A DNA stretch of 24,451 nucleotides. It comes from a virus (lineage: Duplodnaviria > Caudoviricetes). The number at the start of each line of letters is the position of its first letter. The stretch's first letter is position 1. The notes beneath the pieces are model-generated. The model was not told the origin of the DNA and did no database searches. It saw only the letters and a program-made list of their open reading frames with translations. The position numbers and the translations under genes are program-made. Positions 17,459-24,451 of this stretch are shown here, one piece after another. Location of the stretch: the IMG/VR virus record IMGVR_UViG_3300012031_000075, positions 1 through 24,451 of that record; one strand, 5' to 3'.

Positions 17459-17845
17459 ATGAAACTAAATAATATATTCAATGAAATGCTTAATGAATAT
17501 CAAAACCACAAAATTCGTGTGGGTGAAATATTCTTAAATGATAATATACATGGTGATGGTATTAATTCTGGCATATCTAGAATCACAAATGTATATAAAG
17601 ATGATGAAACATTTGAACAAGAGCCAGTTTTAGACGTTCCAGTTAACGCAATAGTACCAACACAAAGGTTTGTGAGTATGAGTAATTTAGATTCCGTTAA
17701 GGGTAATCTAAAAGATGATAACACTGGGGCCTATTTAGTTAAGTACAATAATATGTATTATGTAATCGATGGTCACCACAGAATAGCCAATAGGATACTT
17801 AAAGGTGACACATCAATTAAGGCTTACGTACACGTAATTCATTAA
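17459..17845 (+). CDS. ParB/sulfiredoxin-like domain protein with N-terminal leader
   Basis: VPVNAIVPTQ and YYVIDGHHR motifs. Confidence 0.75.
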   Translation: MKLNNIFNEMLNEYQNHKIRVGEIFLNDNIHGDGINSGISRITNVYKDDETFEQEPVLDVPVNAIVPTQRFVSMSNLDSVKGNLKDDNTGAYLVKYNNMYYVIDGHHRIANRILKGDTSIKAYVHVIH

Positions 17846-17854
17846 ATTACATAA

Positions 17855-18088
17855 TTAATCAGCAACCTTTTCTTTTATAAGGTGATAACGAGAGAATCTA
17901 ATTTTATCCCCAAATTTATTAACACCTTCCTCCATTTCTGAATCGATTTCGTGACCATCTTTCTTTAGTTGGAATATGGTTGCGGATAACCTAGTATTAC
18001 CTAGGTGATTGATAGCGTACCATGGACTAATTGAGCCGTAGTTTCTCATTGCGGTAAGGACTCTATCCTTTTGTGTTGTTTTACTCAT
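17855..18088 (-). CDS. Small winged-helix DNA-binding protein (HTH_39-like)
   Basis: TQKDRVL..GSISP..RLSATIFQLKKDGHEI..RYHL pattern. Confidence 0.75.
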   Translation of the reverse strand: MSKTTQKDRVLTAMRNYGSISPWYAINHLGNTRLSATIFQLKKDGHEIDSEMEEGVNKFGDKIRFSRYHLIKEKVAD

Positions 18089-18105
18089 AACGTATTTATT
18101 TTAAT

Positions 18106-19134
18106 TTAATTATTGATTTTACTTACATAATATGATATGGTTTCCCTTAAATATTTTTCCATATCAGAATTTGGTGACCAATTAAGGTTCGTTTGCAACT
18201 TATTTGAATTTATTGCATATCTAAAGTCGTGACCCTTTCTATCGGTAACGAATTCAATAGGTAAATCAACACCATTAACCCCAAAAGGGATACTCTTATC
18301 GTACATTTGAAAATATAAGATACATATTCTTGAAATTAATTCAAGGTTTGTTAATTCATTATCCCCACCAACATTATAGGTTTCGCCAGATTTTCCGTTA
18401 TGGAATATTTCATCTATTGCAGTAACATGGTCACCGACCCATAACCAATCCCGTATATTATCACCAGTACCGTATACTGGTATTTTTTCACCCATATGTA
18501 ACTTAGATATTACCGTTGGTATCAATTTTTCAAGATGCTGGTGTGGTCCATAATTGTTTGAACAGTTAGAAATCGTGTAGTTCATTCCATGTGTTCTACC
18601 AAACGCTCTAACAAAGTGGTCTGAGGCCGCTTTAGAGGCACTATATGGTGAACTGGGAGCATAAGGCGTATCTTCACTAAAAGGGCTTGAATCAAGCTGT
18701 AAATCACCGTAAACCTCGTCTGTGGATACATGGTGAAACCTATTTACCTTTGAGTTATCTCCCCAGTGGTGTTTAGCCATATTAAGTAAGTTTACCGTAC
18801 CCGTTACATTGGTGTTTATAAATGTCATTGGGTCCAAGATTGAATTATCTACGTGTGATTCGGCAGCTAAGTGAATCACATCGGTAATATATAAGCTTCT
18901 GAATAATGTTTTAATAAGTGACACATTGTTGAATATATCGTATCTATATACTTTGACGTTTGGTTTTATATTCATAAAATTAATGTCGGACATTCCGTCT
19001 ATGTGGTTTAAATCACCAGCATATGTTAAAGAATCGACAACGATTAAATTATATTCTGGATATTTTTCCGCAAAATAGTTTACAAGGTGTGAACCTATAA
19101 ACCCAGCACCACCAGTTATCATTATATTTTTCAT
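18106..19134 (-). CDS. rfbB: dTDP-glucose 4,6-dehydratase
   Basis: TGGAGFIG, DSLTYAG, HLAAESHVD, VSTDEVYG, PYSASKA, CSNNYGP, DRKGHDFRY. Confidence 0.95.
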   Translation of the reverse strand: MKNIMITGGAGFIGSHLVNYFAEKYPEYNLIVVDSLTYAGDLNHIDGMSDINFMNIKPNVKVYRYDIFNNVSLIKTLFRSLYITDVIHLAAESHVDNSILDPMTFINTNVTGTVNLLNMAKHHWGDNSKVNRFHHVSTDEVYGDLQLDSSPFSEDTPYAPSSPYSASKAASDHFVRAFGRTHGMNYTISNCSNNYGPHQHLEKLIPTVISKLHMGEKIPVYGTGDNIRDWLWVGDHVTAIDEIFHNGKSGETYNVGGDNELTNLELISRICILYFQMYDKSIPFGVNGVDLPIEFVTDRKGHDFRYAINSNKLQTNLNWSPNSDMEKYLRETISYYVSKINN

Positions 19135-19440
19135 TTATATTTCTTTTAAAAGTTCGGTCTTGAATTCGTTGAATTTTTCTTCGTTCGTTTCCCCACCGTA
19201 AATATTATTAGTAAAATATTGTTCCACCACCCAGGGTAGCGTATCGGTACCTACTTTATATATTATTGCTTTGTTAGGGCCATCTTTAACCAATCTGGTA
19301 AATTTATACCCATCGATATCCAACTCTAATTTACATAAACTAAAGATATCACCCTCGTTTATCTGTAAAAAATAAATACCTTCTTGAACATCGACCTCAT
19401 GTTTTTTTTGGGTAGTAACCGTTTTATTAATCTTAATCAT
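19135..19440 (-). CDS. Hypothetical protein, 101 aa
   Basis: Stop abuts the rfbB start; promoter candidate upstream. Confidence 0.7.
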   Translation of the reverse strand: MIKINKTVTTQKKHEVDVQEGIYFLQINEGDIFSLCKLELDIDGYKFTRLVKDGPNKAIIYKVGTDTLPWVVEQYFTNNIYGGETNEEKFNEFKTELLKEI

Positions 19441-19465
19441 GGTGTATTATTTATATTTAACACTA

Positions 19466-19497
19466 CAAATATAAATAAAAAAAGGGAAATATGCAAA
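19466..19497 (-). promoter_or_regulatory. Bacteroidota-type promoter TTTG-N20-TATATTTG
   Basis: On the - strand TTTG (19497-19494), 20-nt spacer, TATATTTG (19473-19466), upstream of the ATG at 19440. Confidence 0.65.
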
Positions 19498-19505
19498 TAT
19501 TTCCC
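19477..19505 (-). terminator. Rho-independent terminator
   Basis: On the - strand GGGAAATAT-ttgc-ATATTTCCC then T7, just after the stop at 19533. Confidence 0.8.
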
Positions 19506-19532
19506 CTTTAATTAACCCGTATATTTTTTTAT

Positions 19533-20429
19533 TTATATTTTATGTCCACATTTACCGCAGAAATTATCACCCTTTTTACTTTTTTTACTACAAGAAGTGC
19601 AGTAACTTTTAATTGTAATATCTTCCGAGGTATTTATTTTTTGTGAAAGTGGTAATAATTTATACTCTACACTATGGAATGAAAAATATTCCCAGTTTTT
19701 TTTCAAATATTCCATTTTTTGATTGGAGGTTGAACCCTCTTCCACTCTACCCGTTTCTATTTTTTTAGAAACTGTCCTACTCCTTAATTTTTTGGGTTTT
19801 GATTGAGTGTCCATTTCTGGTTCCATCCAATCCATACTTACATTTGATGAAGAAATATTTGTATTATACAAATTATTGGTATTATTGGTTGATGTCGAAT
19901 TTCCTAACCCAGATGTAGTAAAGGTAATATCGTTAGGATACGGTGTACCAGTGGTGTTTATATTTGAACCACGGGTATAGTCGGTAAAATTACTCTTATT
20001 CGCCCCCCCACTTTGTGTGTATTGTCTAGTAATATTACCATTAAGGACAAGTGTTGGGTAATCATTGACTACAATTTTTTCTTTATAGAATTGAACCTCG
20101 AAATCACCGTTATCCTCAATGGCTTTTTTAACTTCATCGTTATTGCCACTGACTTCATAGGTATCAAACTTGAACTTTTTAGGTATGTCAATATATCTTT
20201 CTAGAAATACACGCTCCCCAGGTCTTAGTATTAAACCACCTTGTGTTATTAATTTTGAATTTAATTTGATTTTGGCCAAGACCATACCCTTAGTCGGGTT
20301 GAATAATTCAATTTGGAATTCACTTGACGGTTTAAGGTAATAGGTCGGGATTTCCCCTTTGTACAATTTAAGCCTACTTTTATTAATGGCAATGTTAGCG
20401 GTAGGCATACCGTTTTGATTTTTTTTCAT
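19533..20429 (-). CDS. Hypothetical protein with beta-rich N-terminal domain, T/N/S-rich linker and C-terminal zinc ribbon
   Basis: EFQIELFNPT..VFLERY; C-terminal CTSC-x10-CGKCG. Confidence 0.75.
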   Translation of the reverse strand: MKKNQNGMPTANIAINKSRLKLYKGEIPTYYLKPSSEFQIELFNPTKGMVLAKIKLNSKLITQGGLILRPGERVFLERYIDIPKKFKFDTYEVSGNNDEVKKAIEDNGDFEVQFYKEKIVVNDYPTLVLNGNITRQYTQSGGANKSNFTDYTRGSNINTTGTPYPNDITFTTSGLGNSTSTNNTNNLYNTNISSSNVSMDWMEPEMDTQSKPKKLRSRTVSKKIETGRVEEGSTSNQKMEYLKKNWEYFSFHSVEYKLLPLSQKINTSEDITIKSYCTSCSKKSKKGDNFCGKCGHKI

Positions 20430-20462
20430 GTTAATTAACTTTATTAATTTTTATTATTAATT

Positions 20463-20520
20463 GTACCAATCTTTTTACTTCCTAGAAAGTTCTAAAGCCG
20501 CTCTGACTCAAGACTAATAC
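20463..20520 (-). ncRNA. Candidate structured 5'-leader RNA (three-way junction)
   Basis: P1 GUAUUAGUCUU/AAGAUUGGUAC, P2 GAGUC/GGCUU, P3 ACUUU/GAAGU; all non-Watson-Crick pairs are G-U on the sense strand. Confidence 0.45.
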
Positions 20521-20552
20521 TACACGGGTTAACGTTGTATATAAATATAACG

Positions 20553-20579
20553 AAAAATCCACTTAAGTCAAGTGGATTT
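20553..20579 (-). terminator. Rho-independent terminator, possibly bidirectional
   Basis: AAATCCACTT/AAGTGGATTT stem with T runs on both strands; follows the micro-ORF. Confidence 0.75.
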
Positions 20580-20591
20580 CGTTTTTTTAAT

Positions 20592-20672
20592 TTAATTTTT
20601 ATTACAGGTACAATTGCAAGTATTTTCACACTCACCATTACACCCACAATTACAATTTTCACATTCAGACAT
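20592..20672 (-). CDS. Metallothionein-like Cys-rich micropeptide, 26 aa (not in ORF track)
   Basis: MSECENCNCGCNGECENTCNCTCNKN*; 8 Cys; between the upstream gene's stop (20695) and a terminator. Confidence 0.65.
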   Translation of the reverse strand: MSECENCNCGCNGECENTCNCTCNKN

Positions 20673-20694
20673 GGTTCATAGTTTTAATTAATTG

Positions 20695-22101
20695 TTATTG
20701 AGAATTGCGTAAATCAACTTGACTAGTTATATCAAAATTGATTACGTCTTTTATTGTTGATACCTCTTGATTGGATTCCGTTTTAATGTCCAAGTAATAC
20801 GTACCTGGAACAAGACTTGCAGTATCCAATAGAAAGTAATTATAATTATTTGCAACATTAACGTCTTGATAATCTATCACGGTAAATTCATTTCTACCTT
20901 CTTTAACATAAAGACGGTATTTAAGACTATCTAAGCGTTGTTTTTGGTTTATCGTATATGGAATTCTAGTGGATACGAAAACCTTTCTAATATCGCCCCT
21001 ATTTATTCTCTCATCGGACTTAATACCACTTATGGTAACGCCAACTTGTTTGGGTAGCCCATCATTGGCCCCTAGATTATAATAACCATCGGAATCTTTA
21101 ACTATAAAGTCCAGTTCAACATCTGGCCTGGCCACACCATTGATATTTATATCGCTCCACACATCCGTAAATTGTGTACAATCGGTATAATCAATGGATG
21201 ATGGAATGTTTACCTCAACACAGTAAACACCCTTAGTTACCTGGGTAACACCGCTGGATGGTATTGTTGACACAACACCTTCATTATTATCGTATATGGT
21301 TACACTTGGAATGTTATCTAAATTCGTTGGTTCCCCACCTAAATTAGTGTATAGATATAATTTATTTGGTTTGTCTAGATAAAAATCGGCTCTGTCGTCT
21401 TTAATCGGGTCCGAGTAAATTGTTTCAACGTGCGGTTCATAAAATGTTTGCGTATGTCTGGTAAAAAATCCTACATGATACGCCTCTACCGTAGATAGGG
21501 CTTCTAAAGTGCTATCAAAGGCTAACCCAAGACCATTATTTGTGTCACCAGTTAAATATCCGTTTACTATATCCGTTATATCTATTTCAAGATTTTCATT
21601 ACCTTGTTCAAAGTGTTGGGTCCCTAGTACAACACTGGTTCCACTGAATATCCCAGTATTTCCAGACCATGGTACATTTGTTTGTGCGTAAAACCAATTT
21701 GACGGACAAAAAGAAGATTGCCCACCATTACCATCGTATGCGCATTCTACATAATCATATCCAACACCTTCATCCCACATTTGGTCTATTGGGAATAACA
21801 CTAAATCGAAAGAACACGCTCTGCGTTTACCGTCACAAGTTGTTTTACCTAATAGATTAGTATCGAACGCACCAGTATTGGTCATTCTTAATGTGTGTTT
21901 TAATTTTGATATGTCACTGAATGTCTTATCGTCATATAATTCCTTTATTCTAGTTTCATCAAACTGAAATATAAACCTACTATAATTGACACCCTTGAAT
22001 ATACCACCATATGTTAGTTGCGCAATTGGGTTTCTACCCACGTTCGTTTTTAGGTTGTATATTAAAGTATTGTTTCTATCGAAGAATGTTCTAAGTACCA
22101 T
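20695..22101 (-). CDS. Putative virion structural protein (DNRLRE-like N-terminal region, beta-rich C-terminal region)
   Basis: WDEG.G, DITDIVNGYLTG.TNNGLGL, beta-rich C-terminal half; TATTTAT motif upstream; next to a baseplate-like gene. Confidence 0.55.
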   Translation of the reverse strand: MVLRTFFDRNNTLIYNLKTNVGRNPIAQLTYGGIFKGVNYSRFIFQFDETRIKELYDDKTFSDISKLKHTLRMTNTGAFDTNLLGKTTCDGKRRACSFDLVLFPIDQMWDEGVGYDYVECAYDGNGGQSSFCPSNWFYAQTNVPWSGNTGIFSGTSVVLGTQHFEQGNENLEIDITDIVNGYLTGDTNNGLGLAFDSTLEALSTVEAYHVGFFTRHTQTFYEPHVETIYSDPIKDDRADFYLDKPNKLYLYTNLGGEPTNLDNIPSVTIYDNNEGVVSTIPSSGVTQVTKGVYCVEVNIPSSIDYTDCTQFTDVWSDININGVARPDVELDFIVKDSDGYYNLGANDGLPKQVGVTISGIKSDERINRGDIRKVFVSTRIPYTINQKQRLDSLKYRLYVKEGRNEFTVIDYQDVNVANNYNYFLLDTASLVPGTYYLDIKTESNQEVSTIKDVINFDITSQVDLRNSQ

Positions 22102-22132
22102 GCTTTGTTTTATTAATAAATATTAAGAAAAC

Positions 22133-23152
22133 TTAATTAATTCTAATATTACGACTAAGCATTTCTTTTTCTAACCTTTCCGCATTTTTAACAAAATCCT
22201 CTAGTGGTAATGTTCCACCACCATCTGTTCTATCCGTTGACTTATTTCCATTACCGTTGTGCACATGATTTAATAAGGCCATCTTAAATAACCTTAAATA
22301 TTCGACTAATAAATCCCCGAATACTAATGGATGCGCATTGGCCAATATCTCATCTAATTGGTCGTCTGTAATATAATTGGCCTCACCAGTTTCCTCATCA
22401 ACCTTGGTTAGATTATTGAATTCTGGTTGACCCCCAGAATATGTTAAAAGATTAATTTTATCCGCAACTATATTATTTACGGATATGGTTTTCGTATTAC
22501 CCTCGCTATCCGTAATATTTTGGTTGGATTTGATTTGAATATAGGCTGGATTCTTTTGATTGAACACCAATGGGTTATTTAGTACAAATTTACCAGACCT
22601 AATCAGGACCTCATTATCCCTTTGAATTATGTCCGTATTATTTCTACCCTCTATAATAACATGTTGTGGGTTTTGATAAATACCCCTAGCTGAAGGTATT
22701 TTACTAATTTCAGCTGATGGTCTAGTTAACCCTTCAGCAAAATTAGATAATGCGGTACCATCTATGGTATCTAGATTTAATTTTGTTAACGATGAGGTGA
22801 TTGGTCCTATATAAACCCTATCGCCATACTTTTCGTCATCACCGAATACCATGATTAAAACAACCTCGTTTATCTTTGGCACTAAGTTTAAGTGTTTAGG
22901 TAATAAGGGAAAACAATTGGGTAGTTCTGAATCTGGTATTTTGTTATCATATTTAGACCCAACGATTCTACATCTAATAGCGTGTTCATCCGCATTAAAT
23001 CTAACGTCACTTGACCTATTTAATTCATTATTAGAATTAACGGGTACTTTACCAACGGTTGTAACAACACCGAACAGGATATTATTGACCGATTTCGATT
23101 TATCGAATGAATTAGGCTTACCAGTACTAAATTTTGAATTTAAACTATACAT
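22133..23152 (-). CDS. Baseplate spike/hub-like protein (gp5/gpV OB-fold-like)
   Basis: IRCRI..CFPLLP..PKINEVVLI OB-fold-like pattern, IEGR..IIQR beta repeats, C-terminal HxH (NHVH). Confidence 0.6.
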   Translation of the reverse strand: MYSLNSKFSTGKPNSFDKSKSVNNILFGVVTTVGKVPVNSNNELNRSSDVRFNADEHAIRCRIVGSKYDNKIPDSELPNCFPLLPKHLNLVPKINEVVLIMVFGDDEKYGDRVYIGPITSSLTKLNLDTIDGTALSNFAEGLTRPSAEISKIPSARGIYQNPQHVIIEGRNNTDIIQRDNEVLIRSGKFVLNNPLVFNQKNPAYIQIKSNQNITDSEGNTKTISVNNIVADKINLLTYSGGQPEFNNLTKVDEETGEANYITDDQLDEILANAHPLVFGDLLVEYLRLFKMALLNHVHNGNGNKSTDRTDGGGTLPLEDFVKNAERLEKEMLSRNIRIN

Positions 23153-23337
23153 TATTTTTTACTACCCTTTAATCTATTGGTTATTTCTAGATTAGCTAAA
23201 GAAAATAGTCTTTCTATTTCCATTAACCTATCATAATCTTTAAGCATTTTTTGTTTCAGAGCTTCGTGGTCATATTGTAGCTGTTTAATATCCAGCAATA
23301 TATCGTTATTCGACTCATCCTTATATTTGTTTTCCAT
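23152..23337 (-). CDS. Small coiled-coil hypothetical protein, 61 aa
   Basis: Stop overlaps the next start by 1 nt (TAATG coupling). Confidence 0.7.
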   Translation of the reverse strand: MENKYKDESNNDILLDIKQLQYDHEALKQKMLKDYDRLMEIERLFSLANLEITNRLKGSKK

Positions 23338-23345
23338 AATAAAAT

Positions 23346-23792
23346 TTACATTACACCACCAGAACCAGATGCGAATACTGTATTGGCACCTTGCACGACA
23401 ACTGGTATAGGTCCAGCTGAACCAGCAGCTGTTATTTGAATTGCGCCTGGGTTGATAACTATATCGACCTTGGCTTCGGTTTGAATCATATTTATAATTT
23501 CTTCCGCTTGAACCACAATTTTCTTGGCCTCGCTATTATCCCCATCGGCAAACACGTCACCCATTGGGATATTTGCATCGGATTCCATTCTTGAAATTAT
23601 TCTACCAGCCAAGTTTCTTGCACTCATTCCAGGTCTTAGGTTTTTACCTATTAATAGTAATGGTGGTGGAATTTGTCTTGCTGGTTTCTGCATCATATTG
23701 AACGCACCACTTACAATCCCCAATATATTAGACATTGAGGTTAAATCTGTTTCCTGAAAATTTGTTTTTTCATCTGGTCTAGAATCGGCCAT
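23346..23792 (-). CDS. Hypothetical protein, probably virion-associated
   Basis: Tightly packed in the operon with the baseplate-like gene; Gly/Ala/Val-rich C-terminus. Confidence 0.65.
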   Translation of the reverse strand: MADSRPDEKTNFQETDLTSMSNILGIVSGAFNMMQKPARQIPPPLLLIGKNLRPGMSARNLAGRIISRMESDANIPMGDVFADGDNSEAKKIVVQAEEIINMIQTEAKVDIVINPGAIQITAAGSAGPIPVVVQGANTVFASGSGGVM

Positions 23793-23793
23793 A

Positions 23794-24450
23794 TTATAGA
23801 TTTATTATATTATTGGTTATTGATGGACTGACCCCTACGTAACTTAAAAGTATATTATTATAGCTTTTAATTCTTTCGGATTCATCGTCACTTATTTTTT
23901 GTCTTAATTTAGCCGTTAATTCCTTTAATGCCAGTTTTAATAATAACCCGATTATTATAGTGTTTATAGTTCTGACTAAAGCTTTAATAACATTCTTATT
24001 TTTTTTAAGAAAGTCAATAGGGTCATCGTATGTTTCTGTTTCACCATATATTATTGCGTGATTAATCGCAAATACGGTAACAAAGCTTGGTGACATTAAA
24101 CTATTTGCAACGACCCCAACTAATTTTTGTATCATATTTTTAAAGAAATCGTTTCTTATCGTCAATCTATCTTGTGTGCTACTGGTCGCCCCACCTTGTA
24201 TTTCGGCCAGGTTATCCAGAGCCTGTGATACAGCTAAAAATTCCTCTTGTTTGCTTGTTGAACTTAGTATTATGTTTTGGTTGATATTTAGTTCATCAGA
24301 TGTTACCGAAACAATTAAATCACCACAGGTTGATAATCTTCTAATACCGTTCTTTCTATTATTGACCTCTTCCTCTATCCTAGCTAACGTAGGGTTATCG
24401 AAATTAAAAAAAGAATTATCTATCACATCGTTTTCAGAATTTATTATCGC
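23794..24450 (-). CDS. Hypothetical protein, 5'-truncated by window edge
   Basis: Frame remains open beyond the GTG at 24426 to the window end. Confidence 0.7.
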   Translation of the reverse strand, partial: AIINSENDVIDNSFFNFDNPTLARIEEEVNNRKNGIRRLSTCGDLIVSVTSDELNINQNIILSSTSKQEEFLAVSQALDNLAEIQGGATSSTQDRLTIRNDFFKNMIQKLVGVVANSLMSPSFVTVFAINHAIIYGETETYDDPIDFLKKNKNVIKALVRTINTIIIGLLLKLALKELTAKLRQKISDDESERIKSYNNILLSYVGVSPSITNNIINL

Positions 24451-24451
24451 A

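Noticed and set aside
20463-20520. Hammerhead ribozyme or tRNA
   Set aside because: No CUGANGA/GAAA core and no cloverleaf or T-loop. No tRNA or rRNA was seen elsewhere in the window.
16720-23757. Opposite-strand short ORFs (16720-16995, 17500-17724, 20013-20204, 21509-21691, 21669-21860, 22851-23195, 23524-23757)
   Set aside because: Shadows of the real genes.
2-24450. Stop-codon reassignment, since all 24 accepted CDSs end in TAA
   Set aside because: Long structural genes read through in the standard code with no internal TAG or TGA; AT bias explains the TAA preference.

Overview
AT-rich segment of a large T4-like (probably jumbo) dsDNA phage. Promoter shapes and the lack of Shine-Dalgarno sequences suggest a Bacteroidota host. 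The + strand carries the head module: terminase large subunit C-terminus, portal (gp20-like, three HNH-type inteins), small proteins, prohead protease (gp21-like, one LAGLIDADG intein), acidic scaffold and major capsid protein (gp23-like). Next come a free-standing Zn-finger/PD-(D/E)XK/GNAT endonuclease gene, a remnant of a different HNH gene, and four small enzyme genes (ART-, GNAT-, kinase- and ParB-like) sharing an N-terminal leader that ends in a prohead-protease-like site. The - strand carries baseplate/virion-like genes, an uncalled 26-aa Cys-rich micro-ORF, a gene with a structured 5' leader, dTDP-glucose 4,6-dehydratase and an HTH protein. Highlights: the putative capsid-packaged effector array, a Pro1/block-F-Cys intein lacking the rest of the class 3 signature, the metallothionein-like peptide and a candidate three-way-junction RNA. 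All family calls are from motifs read by eye; no searches were run.
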